From Takakia lepidozioides (lineage: Eukaryota; Plantae; Bryophyta): a stretch of DNA of 64,000 bases. The notes under the pieces are model-generated. The model did no database searches. It was not told where the DNA came from and saw only the letters and a list, made by a program, of their open reading frames with translations. Shown here piece after piece: positions 47,130-61,400 of this stretch (the stretch's first letter is position 1; each line of letters opens with the position of its first letter). The translations under genes and the position numbers were made by a program. The stretch covers positions 64,852,001-64,916,000 of the forward strand of contig CM060732.1 in assembly GCA_030704615.1 (NCBI GenBank), in the 5' to 3' direction.

Positions 47130-50100
47130 CTATTTATTAGAGTTCCTTGGAGGACTCTTTGTGCGTGCCCGAGTTCTGTGACTGCTTGATGGAGAAGCTT
47201 GAGCTGTACCTGACACTGATTTCATGCCCTTTGCTTGAACAGGCTGTAATGGCTCAGGGGTTGCAGATCCCCGCTGTCTTTTGTCTTGTAGAGCATGTTC
47301 ATATTCCTCCCATACGTCAAGAGTCTGCTCTGAAGATTCAGCTGTTGTGTCCGAATCTTCGTCAGTCCTGCAGTTTTTTGGTTTTCTTGCCTTTCTTGGT
47401 TTCTCTGGAATGAAAATTGGCATACAGTGTGGCCCCACCATGTCAGGAATCCTAAGCTTCACAACGTTGTGTAACCTGTTGAAAGCAAGTTTAGTGAACT
47501 TCAACAATTCCTTCTCAGTATAGGTGAGAGGTGTTCCAGTAACTCTGGAACAGTATAAGTATTGACAGGCCTCCTGTTGCTTATTAAATATGTCGTCAAT
47601 GTGTCGTTTTTCTTGGCTTAAGTTGTTGCAGGCCATGTTAAACCATGAACGAAGTTGTGAATCTTTCTGTAACATGATTTTCACATCATAGAAATACGTA
47701 TGATGAGGTACCACAAGTAAGGTCCAATGATCTCCAGTGGAATAAGTCAGAAACCTGGACTGCATCTTCTGTTGCTCAATGTGGTAACGTGCCACAAAAC
47801 AAGCAGTATAATAGATTCCACAGCCCATTACCACACTTGCTACCTCCTTGGTTTTGGTGTGGATGTGCCCATGGACAACCTGGAAGGCAATTAACTCCTT
47901 CAACAGGGTGCCTGCCTCAGACCAGTACCTCGCAAAATGATGATCCTCAATTAGCTGATTCATTGCCAAAACCTTAGTCCGAGTGGCCACTGGCAACCAC
48001 ACACGCATTATTTGGTAGTAATGTGGAAAGGATTGCGGAGGCCCAAACTGGTTCCAAGCTAAATCCAAGCTATTGGGAATTTCATTGAAGGGCATGATCA
48101 TTGCTCGGTTGTATTCACGTGTAGCATGAGTCTTGGGTGGGTTGAAAGCAGCATCACCCCATACCTCATGCTGTGCCCGCTGTGTTGTAATAACTGGTTC
48201 AGTCACTTGCACAACTCCTTGTTGTGATACTGGTGCCACTGGTCCCTCCACCATTGCTGCCACCTGCACTTCTCTTCAAGAAGATTGGAAAATAAAAGCT
48301 CTGGCCTTCAAGTAAGCCTCCATTAGGTGTTCTTCAGGAATCATGAGTCTCTTGTCAATGTTTGAACTCAATTCCTCCACTTGTGTCTGCAGTGTATCCA
48401 CATCCTCTTGCAGCTCTCCTATCCTACTGTAGACATTGTCTACAGTAGTAGTTGCAATATTCTGCACGTGTAGCCTGAGGCCATTCATCTCCCCCTGGGT
48501 GAGCTTTCTTGGTGCTTTCCCTTCCACTGGCCCTTGTGCTAACCAGACCTTCATAAGGTGTTCATCCACCCTATCTTGTGTCGCCTTCCTGAGAGTCTGC
48601 TCCTCCTGGAGTTGGTATGTACTTAACTGTTGTTGCAACCCTTGCATGCGCTTTATGTGAGGTTCAACTAGGCTTGCATACCCTGCAGCCAGATTGTTGG
48701 CTTCCTTCTCTGCCTTGTTAGCCACCGTGAGTTGGTTCCTACTTGCCATCAGTGACTGTTGTAACTCCGCAATGTACTTCTCCTGGTTAGCCTCAACCTG
48801 TTTGTACTGCTGCAACGTACTCTCGTTGTGATGTAATGTATTGTTCAAGTCAACAATGGTCTTGGCTTTCTCCATTACCTCCCTTTCTGCTTGTATGCAT
48901 CTCTCCCCCTGTTGGTTCGCTGCTGTTGTGGCTTGCTCTAGGACAATTGTGAGTGTAGCACATTGCACTGCCATCTTCCCATGCACTGCCTATAATTCCG
49001 TATGTTGTTCCTTCATTGCCTGTACCTCGTCCTCATGCTTGGACTGCAATTGAAATAATTGTTGTCTATGTGTCTCCTGCAGGTGGTCGTGCTCTAGACC
49101 CCCCTCAATCAATTGCTCCTTGGCAAAGTGCAAAGCATCTTTTGTTTCCTTCAACTCCTGTTGCAATTGCAGATGCACTCCCATCTCAACCTTGTTAACA
49201 CACTCGGTGGCCAACCGATTCTCAAACTCTCTCCTTAGTTTCTCTTTCAGAACTTCCAATTGAGTGATTGGAACATGTGACTTCATGTAAGTTCCCAACA
49301 AATTGAGGGTTCGGCCTATGGAGTTCATCAGCATAGCCTGCTGAGGCCCACCATGGTTAACCTGCTGCTGTTCACCCACCCCTTCCATAGGATGATGCCT
49401 CGCAAACCAGTCAGGCCACTGCTCTACCAACTCCTCCTTCTCAACTTCCTCATTTCTCCCAGAAGCTGCGGTGTCCTGATGTTCCTCCTCTGGAACTTGT
49501 GGCACCGGTGGGGGTATTACCTGCACATCAGGAAGTTCGCTGGACAAATTTTGGACCTCCGGCTCCACTCTCTCTCTGAGCAAACTAGAGTCTTCATAGA
49601 GAAGGTCACCTTTCTCAATCTCTGCCACTACTTGCTCTGTAGTTGGAATATCTAACCCTTCTGTTTCCAAATCAATTACTTGTGGTGGAACCGCATGGAC
49701 AACTTGTGGTAACTCTGTGGCAAGCCAATCCTCTGGCTGTGATGGCTGTGACACTGAGTTGGCTTCATGTTCCCTCTCCACAGGTTGTGCTCTTTGTAAC
49801 CCTTGAGCTCTGTGCTGCTGTACCCTCTCCTGCACAAGAGCTTGAGTAACTTCTTCCTCCGGCTGCCTTGTAGCCAATGGTTCTGCTTCTAGCGTGATCC
49901 CTTTCCTCTGCCTTTTAGGCTGTTGATGCTCTGCCAATCCCCCTTCACCCTGTGAACAACCTTGCTCTTCTATAGTAGTGGTTGTTATTTCAAACACTCC
50001 CATTTCCTTCCTTTCTCTCGCATCAAGTACGCATGAGTCTAGGATGATTTGTGCAATGACTGGCCCAGATACTATGATAGGAGATTTAGCGGCAGTTCCC

Positions 50101-50979
50101 TGCAATCTTTTCATCTCCTCTACCAGTCCGTTGTACATGATGTTCTCCCATGCTACCTCTTCTCCTCTCAGGCCTTTGAGTATTTCCTCTGTGAAGGATC
50201 TGCTTAAATACTGCTGGTTCTGTTTCATGGCAAACAGAACGTTCAATATCTGGCCCTACCTCCCTGAGCCCTAGGTACACTGCTTTGGTACAAGCATAGC
50301 CTTGAGTTTTAAAGAAACTCCCTTCTTCAAACAAATCTCTCATCTGCAATCTAGCCCTATGCTCGTCCACATGAACCTGACCTGATGGCAATGAAAACAG
50401 TTGCTGTAGGTATAAGGGAGTAAGTTCTAATTCAACTCCCTTCACCATTGTGGCTCCTGTCTTTGGGTCAAAGTTCTGCAAGAATTCTAACATGTACTTC
50501 CGATGGTGCAACGTCCAATCCTTGTTTTGCAATCCCTGTAATCTCAGGTCCTTCAGCAACTTCACCGCCTGTGGAGTAGCAATCGTTTGCTTCTGCAGTA
50601 TTGTGGTGCTTTTCACCCTGATGTCCTCCATCCCTCTCACTCTCTTCATTCTAGAGAAATAGTAATGTTGTGGCTGTAATAGCTGAAGTAATGCCTGCAG
50701 AGCACAGAGCACAAACGTATGATTGCCACAAAATGCTATGGGTAGTGTCCTGTAAACCTGCGGGGCCTGCAAGCATTGATCAAGAGAAAAGTTACTCTCT
50801 CTTCTTCTGTTTCCGCGCCACTGCGTGAGTAGTAACGCAAGCGTATAATCTGCTAGTTCCCTCATAGCTTCAAAACTATCGCATTGATTGTCTGTCCCGT
50901 CGAGACGCCCGTTACTTGGAAGGACGCCGACTCTTGCGCTCAGAACCTTTTCATTTTCTTGATGTTGCTCCTGCCTCAC
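47130..50979 (-). pseudogene. Additional sense ORF (~1280 aa reconstructed) between pol and 3' LTR of element A
   Basis: ORFs 48990-50246, 48276-48986 and 47130-48269 share one frame and are separated only by single stops; 50086-50979 joins by one frameshift. Collinear with 56395-60372. Confidence 0.85.
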
Positions 50980-51100
50980 GATTGGCTGTAACCGCTGTGA
51001 CGATTGGCTGTAACCGCTGTGACTGGATTTTAGAATTAATTTTCTTTAACGGATTTTCCCTGCTGGCCTGTCCACTAGGATAACACACGTGACAAGAAAT

Positions 51101-54100
51101 TCATTTTTCTGTACTCGCTATTCGTTCCATTACACTTTTTCCGTATTCATTGATGGGCCCGTCATCCATCCTAATTGACGTGGTAGGTAGGTACTTTGAC
51201 GGCCACTCCTGTCCTTTTTCTTGATGACACATGTTCTTGCACCTCCTTCTCATCCGTGCGTCACGGCTTAAATTCCACGTGTCCACTTTCAAACTGGCTT
51301 CCGCCTTTTCTTCCGCCGGCCATTTTCCTGACGTTATCCTTCGTCCACCTGTCACTAATCCTATGGACTGTGTAATTCTGATTGGCTGTGTGAGGCTATG
51401 ACAGGCTGTGCCGCCCTGTGCTAGGTTGTGCGCGACTGTGTGACACTGTGTTGGGCTGTGATAGACTGTGTGACCCTGTGCTGAGCTGTGATAGCTATTA
51501 AAACATTTGTGTTCTTCGCTCACTACTGGTTTGACGGCAAGTATTCCATGCCCCGTTGGTATCACCGGAACAGTCCGTTCCTGTGGTTCTATGTGCACAT
51601 CGTGTCTCAATGGTTTGTCATGGATACCACTGTATCCTTTCAACTTGTTGGCATTGACCTTGCCCAGCATTTCTTTGTTAATGGTTTGTAACATGGCCGT
51701 GTTGTTATCATACATCTTTTGTATGACATAAGGTCCCTTCCATGGCGATTTAAGCTTAGAAGCTTTAATTTTTCCCTTCTTTTGCAACCATAAAAACAAA
51801 TCTCCTGTTTTAAAAGTCTTCATCTTCCCTTCATCAAACTGATCCTTCCTTTTCCTCTGAATTCTGGTCATGTTGTCAGCTGCATCGGCTCGTACTTCTT
51901 CCACATGGTATAGTTCTTGCTTCCTGACCTTAATCGAATCTTCCAATTCCATTCTTCTTCCCCATTCAGTTCTCATGGTAGGTAACAAAAACTCCACTGG
52001 AAGTAAAGCTTCCATACCATAAACTAATTGGAATGGTGTATACTTTGTGGTGACTTTATATGAAGTCCTGTATGACCACAAAGCTGTCAGCAGCTTTGTA
52101 TCCCAGTCTGTTATGTTTGCATTGACTATTTTAGCCAAGATAGTACATAGTATTTTGTTGGTAGCCTCTGCCTGTCCATTACCTTGTGGGTAATAGGTTG
52201 TACTTTTCCTATGCACAATCATGAACTCCTTTGTCAAGAGTTCTATGGTCTCATTGATGAAGTGACTTCCCTGATCACTGATAAATTCCAGGGGACAGCC
52301 AAATCGTGTAAGTATGTTCTGATACATGAACCTGGCTGTGGACTTAGCTGTGTTGTCCCTTAGAGCTTTAGCTTCCACCCACTTCGTAGTATAATCAGTA
52401 GCTGTGATTATATACTTGTTCTGTGTATTCTTGGCTGGTGGGTTTATTGGTCCAACAAAGTCCAGTCCCCATTTCTGAAATGGTTCAGTAGGCATTGTAG
52501 GATGCAAAGCCATCTTCCCAGACCTCTGCAATGGTCCTAGCCTCTGACACTCATCACAAGTTTTACAGTACTTGTGCACATCTTTGAACAAAGTAGGCCA
52601 CCAGTAACCGGCAAGTAGTATCTTCCTGCTGGTAGTCTCTTCTCCAAAATGACCCCCTGCCACTCCTTTATGAACTTCCTCCAAGACTTTATCAACTTCA
52701 TGGTGGTATAAGCATCGCTTCAGCACCCTATCTGGTCCTAGCTTATACATTCTGCTCCCTACCATAGTGTAAGGTAAAGCCTTGATAGCAATTCTCTTTC
52801 TCTGCTCCTTCCCATAACTTGGTGGACATTGACCATGAGTGAGGTAGTATCTGATTGGCCACTGCCAATCTAACCAGTCATCTGCACTTCCCTGCACCTC
52901 CACTGCAAATAAACTTGCATCTGGTAATTGATCATCCACTCCTGTGGCTGGCTCTCCTGTGGATAACCGTGACAAGTGGTCCGCCACAAGATGCAGCCTC
53001 CCAGGCTTGTAAACAACCTCAAACTCAAATTCGTGCAAGATTATCAACCATCTTGCTATTCTTCCACTTATCAGAGGTTTGTTTACCAGGTATATCAAAG
53101 CCTGGTGATCCACATAGAACATAAACTTTTTACCCAACAGGTAGTGCCTGAATTTCTTCACTGCATAGATCATTGCCAATGCTTCTCTCTCTGTTGTGCT
53201 ATAATTTCTTTCAGCACTGTTCATTAATCGGCTAGCATAGTACACAGGTGAATCTATCCTTCCTGTAACATTTTGGGCTAGCACTGCTCCCAATGCTTCT
53301 CCTGAAGCATCACAGTGAACATGGAACACTTCCTGCCAGTGAGGATTAATCAATACAGGTGTAGTTGTCATTGACAATGTCAGATCCTCAAAAGCCTGTT
53401 GACATTCATCTGTCTATGCAAACACTGCATCTTTCTTCAGAAGCTTGCTCAATGGCGCTGCTATCTGTGCATACCGTCTGACAAATCTCCTGTAATAGCT
53501 GGTTTGTCCTAGGAATCTTCTTAGACTCTTAGCATTTACTGGAGGTGGGGAGGCTTTAATGGCCTTTGTCTTTCGGGGATCTACAAGAAGCCCCTTCTTA
53601 CACACAATGTGTCCCAAAAGTACCCCCGAATTCACACAGAAAGTACACTTCTCTGGATTTAGGCCCAAACCTCTCATCTTGCATCTGGCCAAACATCACT
53701 CCAGTTTATGCAAGTGCTCTCTTTTAGAGCTGTATACACTGAAATCATCCAAGAACACCTGCATGAAATCATCCAGATACTCCTGAAATGATTCACTTAT
53801 CACTCTCTGAAAAGTTGCTGGTGCATTACAAAGTCCAAAAGGCATGACTTTGTATGCATAAGCACCCCAGTCTGTGATGAAGGCTGTCTTCTCTTGGTCT
53901 TCCTCTGCCACTTGCACTTGATTATAACCACTGAAGCCGTCCATGAATGAGTACATCTCATGGCCTGCCACAGTGTCCAATACTGCTTCTGTGAATGGTA
54001 AGGGAAAAGGATCCTTCCTCGTACAAGCATTCAGTTTTTTGTAGTTCACACAAACTCTCAGTTTGCCATTTTTCTTGGGAACTATCACAATGGGTGACAA

Positions 54101-54834
54101 CCATGTTGTATACTCTATCGGGTATATAAATTTAGCTTCAGCCAACTTTTTGATCTCTTCTCCAACCTTATCTGCATAGTTGGGATTCATTCTATATCTC
54201 GCCTGTTTAATTGGTATTGATCCTGGTTCCAGTTCAATCTTATGTTGACAGATCTCAGGTGGTATCCCTTTTAGATCCTCATAGCTCCAAGCAAATACAT
54301 CTCTGTATTTGATGAACAGACTATTTGCTTCCTCAAAGAATTCTGGCTCTAGATCAGCCCCTACCTTCACCATCCTCGGTTTCTCTTCAGTTCCCACATT
54401 TACTTCCCTCACCTGCTCATGAGCTGTGATTGTCCAACCAGTTACTATTTCATCCTGTAGACTTACAGTGGCTGGTTCTTCTAGGATATCCATTCCTCCT
54501 TCCCTTCATAAAAATGTGGTGGGTAACTATTTATTTCCTCCTCAATGGGTGTTGCTGTCACTACCCCACAGCAAATACTTTTTAAACAACTCAGGCCTTC
54601 TAATTGCATCTCTGCAACCTGCTCCCACTCTGGGTGTGCAGCGAACAAGGTAGCTTCCTGCTCCTCATCCAGTCCTTCTTTCCAATCATACTCTCTGACC
54701 CCCCTTGGTCTTCTTGTAGCAGATAATCTTCCAAATTTCTTAGTGGTGATTTGTATCTTGTTCAACCCATCCTGCACAGTTAGTAACTGTGAATTCCAAT
54801 CATGAGACACCTTGGCCTGTTTAAGCCATGGTCT
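51101..54834 (-). pseudogene. pol: pol (RT-RNase H-integrase) of element A
   Basis: ORF pieces 54481-54834, 53696-54493, 53414-53692 and 51101-53377 carry canonical motifs, separated by stops and frameshifts. Confidence 0.95.
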
Positions 54835-55468
54835 TGTCACGCGGCTTTTACTCACCCATCCCTTCGCTATCCGAGGGGGAAACTGCAAGATAGAAGAATT
54901 GGATATCTCTAAGCATTCAGCCCGTGTGGAACAATCAGTCATGACCTGCAGCTAGTGAATCATTGTTGGATGTCCAATTTATATTCCTGATTGGTTTCAC
55001 ATTCTCTGTTCATCTTTATCATGTGCATTCAAGTGTCAGTTTGCTCCCCTAGGCTCCCTGATTCCATTCATACACATCTTCTCTCAGATCTCTCTACACA
55101 GTGTGTTTGTGTTGGATAAGAATCAGATTAATACTAATCAGATACATGTCGATGTCATAGCATCTCTAATCTATTCTCCTAGGTAATCCTACAGCTCGTA
55201 CTATCTATGTCGCCCCCGTATCTTCTTCCTTTCAGCTCTCATATCATTTTTCCCCTTCGCCTGCTTCCCTTTCTCCGATCCCAAGAAGTCAACCCCCAAG
55301 AAGTGATCCATCTCCAGTCCCCGCTCCTCGCTTTATCCTTCCCACCCGCTGTTCTAACCGTTTTCCCCACTAACCGTCATTCTTGAACTAGCATGTTCCC
55401 CTCTCAGATGTTGTTCCCCACAGTCGTTCCCCGTTCCCTATGACCGTGACTGGTTGTGTGTAACTGTG
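54835..55468 (-). mobile_element. Partial LTR of the same family inserted in pol of element A and itself interrupted
   Basis: TGTCACGCGGCTTTTACTC... starts abruptly inside coding sequence and is cut at the start of its GGCTGTG tract by the next LTR. Confidence 0.9.
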
Positions 55469-58400
55469 TGTCGCGCGGCTTTTACTCACCCATCCCTTCG
55501 CTATCCGAGGGGGGAACTCCAAGATAGAAGAGTTGGATATCTCTAAGCATTCAGCCCGCGTGAAACAATCAGTCATGACCTGCAGCTAGTGAATCATTGT
55601 TGGGTTTCCAATTATATTCCTTATCAGTTTATATTCCCTGTTTATCATGACCAGGTATCTTTTTAAGCGTCAGATTGCTTCTTGGCCCCCTGATTTCATT
55701 CATACACAGCTTCACTCAAGTCTCTCAACACAAGGTGTTTGTATCGGATGAGAATCAGATTAATCATAATCGGATACATGTTGATGTCCTAACTTCTCTA
55801 ATCTATCCCTCTAAGTAATCCTCCATCTCGTACTAACTCTGTCCTATAGTATCTCCTTCCTCCTCGCCAGCTTCCCTTCCTTCGATCTTAGTCCTTCCCC
55901 AGGAGTGATCTCCGTGGCTAAAGTCCCCCATCAATGATCTCCATCCCCAAAAAGTGTCCTCTCCCCTCTCCGCTGCCCGCTTTATCTCCTTCCCCCCTGT
56001 TCTAACCGTTTTCCTTCACTAACCGTCCTCCGTGAATTACATGTTCCCCGGCAGATGTTGTTCCCCACAGTCGTTCCCTGTCATGATAACCGTTCCTACG
56101 ACTGTGACAGCTGTGACTGACTGTGCGACTGTGTCAGACTGTGACGGCTGTTTCGGGCTGTGACTGGCTGTGTATGGCTGTGACGTGCTGTGACTGTGTC
56201 GGGCTGTGTATGGCTGTGACGGTCTGTGACTGTGTCGGCTGTGACTGGCTGTGACGGGCTATCTCAAAAATTTAAGGGTACCCCTCAGAACCCATAGAAG
56301 TGTCTAAGTCCCAGACTCCACAGAACCCATAAAAATGCCTAAGTCCCAGACTGCCTCCTAACATTACCCCTTCCCCTCTCAAAAAGCCGTATCCTCACGG
56401 TTTAGTGCTTAGGATCAATAAATCTTTGTGAACGTGGTCCTGTCTGTTTTTGAGAGTGCCTTGGAGGGCTCTCTGTACGTGCCCGAATTCTATGACTGCT
56501 TGCTGGAGATGCTTGAGCTGTACTTGTACCTGATTTGTTGCCTTTTGACTGAACCGGCTGTAATGGCTCTGGTGTGGGAGATCCCCGTCGTTTCTTGTCG
56601 TGCAGTGCTTGATCATATTCCTCCCATATGTCAAGAGTTTGTTCTGAAGATTCAGCTGTTGTGTCCGAATCTGTTTCAGTCCTGCAGTTTTTGGGTTTTC
56701 TTGCCTTTTTGGTTTCTCTGGAATGAAAATTGGCATACAGTGTGGCCCCACCATGTCAGGAACCTTAAGCTTCACAACGTTGTGTAACCTGTTGAAAGCA
56801 AGTTGATTGAACTTCAACAATTCCTTCTCAGTGTAGGTGAGAGGTGTGCCAGTAACTTTGGAGCAGTATAGGTATTGCCAAGCTGTCTGCTCCTTATTAA
56901 AAATGTCGTCAATATGTCGTTTTTCGTTGCTCAAGTTGTTCCAGGCCCTGTTAAACCATGAACGGAGTTGTGAATCCCTCTGTAACATGATTTTCACATC
57001 ATATAAATACGTATGATGCGGCACCACAGGTAAGGTCCAATGATCTGTAGTGGAATAAGTCAGAAATCTGGACTGCATCTTCTGCTGCTCAATGTGGTAA
57101 CGTGCAATGAAACAAGCAGTATAATAAATTCCACAGCCCATGACCAAACTCGCTACTTCCTTTATTTTGGTGTGAATGTGCCCATGAACAACCTGGAAAG
57201 CTATTAACTCCTTCAACATGGTGCCTGCCTCAGACCAGTACCTTGAAAAATGATGATCCTCAATGAGCTGATTCATTGCCAGAATCTTAGTCCGAGTGGC
57301 CACTGGCAACCAAATGCGCATTATTTGGTAGTAGTTTGGAAAGGATTGTGGAGGACCAAATTGATTCCAAGCCAAATCCAAGCTATGTGGAATTTCATTG
57401 AAGGGCATGATCATTGCTCGGTTGTATTCCCGTGCAGCATGAGTCTTGGGTGGTTTGAAAGCAGCATTTCCCCATACCTCAGGCCGTGCATCTGCTGTCA
57501 TAGGAGATTCAGTAACTTGTACAGCCATCTGCTGTGAAACTGGTTCTATTGGTGTTTCCACCATTGGCATCCCTTGCACTTCTTGCGAAGAAGACCCGAA
57601 AACTAGAGTTCTGGCCCTCAAATACGCCTCCATGAGATGTTCTTCAGGAATCATGAGCCTTTGGTCTATGTTTGAACTCAAGTCCTCCACTTGAGTCTGC
57701 AGTGTATCCACATCCTCTTGGAGCTCTCCTATTCTACTATAGACATTGTCTATAGTAGTGGTGGCAATATTCTGCACTTGCAGCCTCAGGTCATTCATCT
57801 CCCCCTGGGTGAGCTTTCTCGGTGCTTTCCCTTCCACTGGCCCTTGTGCTAACCATACTTTTAAAAGTTGGTCATCCACTCTGTCCTGTGTAACATCTCT
57901 GAGACTCTGCTCCTCCTTGAGTTTGTAGGCATCTAACTGCTGTTGCAATCCTTGCATGCGCTTCTCATGAGGTTCAACTAAATTGGCATAAGCTGCAGCC
58001 AGATTATTGGCTTCCCTCGCTGCCTTGTTAGCTACAGAGAGTTGATTCCTATTCGACATAAGGGTCTGTTGTAACTCCACAATGTACTTCTCCTGGTTAG
58101 CCTCAACCTGTTTGTATTGCGGTAAAGCACCCTCATTGTGACATATTGTATCTTTGAGGTCCACAATGAATTTGGCTTGCTCCACTACCTCCGTTTCTGC
58201 CCTTACACATCGCTCCCTCTGCTGGTTGGCTTTTGTTGTGGCTTGCTCTAGAACATTTGTGAGGGTGGCACATTGCACCGTCATTCTTTGATGTACTACC
58301 CCCAGCTCTGCCTGTTGTTCCTTTAGTCCTTGCATTTCATCCTCATGCTTGCTCTGCAATTGGAATAATTGCTGCTTGTGTATCTCCTGCAGATGGTCTT

Positions 58401-61400
58401 GCTCCAGACCCCCCTCAATCAGTTGCTGCTTAGCAAATTGCAGAGCATTCTTTGTTTCCCTTAACTCCCGTTGCAACTACAGATGCACTTCCATCTCAAC
58501 TTTGTTAACACCCTCGGTTGCCAACCGATTTTCGAACTCTCTTCTGAGTTCCTCCTTCAGAACTTCCAACTGAGTCACTGGAACATGTGACTTCATGTAA
58601 GTTCCCAACAAATTGAGGGTTCGGCTTATGGAGTTCATCAGCATAGCCTGCTGAGGCCCATCATGGTTAACATGCTGCTGTTCACCCCCCTCATCCATAG
58701 GATGATGCCTCACAAACCACTCAGGCCACTGCTCCACCAGATCCTCCTTCTCAATTTCCTCATTTCTCCCAGATGCTGCTGTGTCCTGATGTTCCTCTTC
58801 TGGAACTTGTGGCGCTGGTGGGGGTATTACCTGCACATCAGGAAGTTCACTGGACAGATTTTGGACCTCTGGCTCCACTCTCTCTCTGAGCAAACTAGAG
58901 TCTTCATAGAGAAGATCACCTCTCTCAATCTCTGCCACCACTTGCTCTGTAGTTGGAATATCTAACCCTTCTGTTTCCAAATCTATTATTTGGGAGGAAC
59001 CGCATGGACCACTTGTGGTAACTCTTTGGCAAGCCGTTCACCTGGCTGTGATGGCTGTGATACTGAATTGACTTCCTGTTCCCTCTCCACAGGTTGTGCT
59101 GTTTGTAACCCTTGATCTCTGTGCTGCTGTACCCTCTCCTGCACAAGAGCTTGAGTAACTTCTTCCTCCGGCTGCCTTGTAGCCAATGGTTCGGCTTCCA
59201 ACGTGATCCCTTTCCTCTGTCTTTTGGGCTGTTGATGCTCTGCCAATCCCCCTTCACCCTGTGAAGAACCTTGCTCTTCTATGGTAGTGGTTGTTATTTC
59301 AAACACTCCCATTTCCTTCCTTTCTCTCGCATCAAGTACGCATGAGTCTAGGATGATTTGTGCAATGACTGGCCCAGATACTATGATAGGAGATTTAGCG
59401 GCAGTTCCCCAATCTTTTCATCTCCTCTACCAGTCCGTTGTACATGATGTTCTCCCATGCTACCTCTTCTCCTCTCAGGCCTTTGAGTATTTCCTCTGTG
59501 AAGGATCTGCTCAAATATTGCTGGTTCTGTTTCATGGCAAACAGAACGTTCAATATCTGGCCCACCTCCCTGAGCCCTGGGTACACCGCTTTGGTACAAG
59601 CATAGCCTTGAGTTTTAAAGAAACTCCCTTCTTCAAACAAATCTTTCATCTGCAATCTAGCCCTGTGCTCGTCCACATGAACCTGACCTGCTGGCAATGA
59701 AAACAGTTGCTGTAGGTATAAGGGAGTAAGTTCTAATTCAACTCCCTTCACCATTGTGGCTCCTGTCTTTGGGTCAAAGTTCTGCAAGAATTCTAACATG
59801 TACTTCCGATGGTGCAATGTCCAATCCTTGTTTTGCAATCCTTGTAATCGCAGTTCCGTCAGTAACTTCACCGCGTATGGCGTCGCAATCGTCTGTTTCT
59901 GCAGGATTGTGGTGCTTTTCACCTTGATGTCCTCCATCCCTCTTACTCTCTTCATTTTAGAGAAACCGTAAGGCTGTGGCTGTAACAACTGAAGTAATGC
60001 CTGCAGAGCACAAAGCACAAACGTATGATTGCCACAAAATGCTATGGGTAGTGTCCTGTAAACCTGCGGGGCTTGCAAGCATTGATCAAGAGAAAAGTTA
60101 CTCTCTGTTGTTTTGTTTCCTCGCCACTGCGTGAGTAGTATCGCGAGCGTATAATCTGCTAGTTCCCTCATAGCTTCAAAACTATCGCATTGATTGTCTG
60201 TCCCGTCAAGACGCCCGTTACCTGGAACGACGCCGACTCTGGCGCTCAGAACCATTTCACTTTCTTGAAGTTGCTCCTGCTTCATGATTGGCTGTAACCG
60301 CTGTGACTGGATTTTAGAATTAATTTTCTTTAGTGGATTTTCCCTGCTGGCCTGTCCACTAGGATAACACACGTGACAAGAAATTCGTTTTTCTGTACTC
60401 GCCGTATGTTCCGTTACCCTTTTTCGTATGCATTAATGGGCCCGCCATTCATCCTCTTTGACGTAGTAGGTAGGTACTTTGACGGCCACTCCTGTCCTTT
60501 TTCTTGATGACACTTGTTCTTGCAGCTCCTTCTCAGCTGTGCGTCACGGCCTGACTTCCACGCGTCCACTTTTAAACTGACTTCCGCCCTTTCTTCCTGG
60601 CCATTTCCCTGATGTTTTCTTTTGTCCACCTGTCACTAATCCTATGGACTATGTAATTCTGATTGGCTGTGTGAGGCTGTGACAGGCTGTGCCGCCCTGT
60701 GCTAGGTTGTGCGCGACTGTGTGACACTGTGCTGGGCTGTGATAGGCTGTGTGACCCTGTGTTGGGCTGTGATGGGCTGTGTGACCCTGTGTTGGGCTGT
60801 GATGGCTATTTAAACATCTGTGTTTTCCGCTCCTCACCGGTTTAACGACAAGTATTCTATGCTCCGTTGGTGTTACTGGAACAGCCTGTATTTGCTCCTG
60901 TGGTTCTATATGCAAATCGTGCCTCAATGGCTTGTCATGGATACCACTGTATCCTTTCAACTTGTTGGCATTGACCCTGCCCAGCATTTCCTTGTTAATG
61001 GTTTGTAACATGGCCGTGTTGTTATCATACATCTTTTGTATGACATAAGATCCCTTCCATGGCGATTTAAGCTTAGAAGCCTTAATCTTTCCCTTCTTCT
61101 GCAACCACAAATCCAAATCTCCTGTTTTAAAAGTCTTCAACTTCCCTTCATCAAACTGATCCTTCATTTTCATCTGTATTCTCGTCATGTTGTCAGCTGC
61201 ATCAGCTCGTACTTCCTCCATATGGTATAATTCATGTTTCCTGACCTTAATTGAATCTTCCAATTCCATTCTTCTTCCCCATTCAGTTCTCATAGTAGGT
61301 AATAAAAATCCACTGGAAGTAAAGCTTCCATACCATAAACTAATTGGAATGGTGTATACTTAGTGGTGACTTTATATGAAGTCCTGTATGACCACAAAGC

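Larger units (their letters stand above)
46119..54834 (-). mobile_element. Ty3/gypsy non-chromovirus (Athila-like) element A: 3' LTR 46119-47049, PPT, extra ORF, pol; interrupted upstream of RT
   Basis: LTR TGTTAG...GTGACA on the minus strand and PPT GAGAGGGGAAGGGTAAA (47050-47067). RT (SFMDGFSGYNQ, VFLDDFSVY), RNase H (HCDASGEALGAVL) and integrase (VHKGVAGGHFG, CDEC, WGLDFVGP, DYTTKWVEA, PQGNGQAE). Confidence 0.95.
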
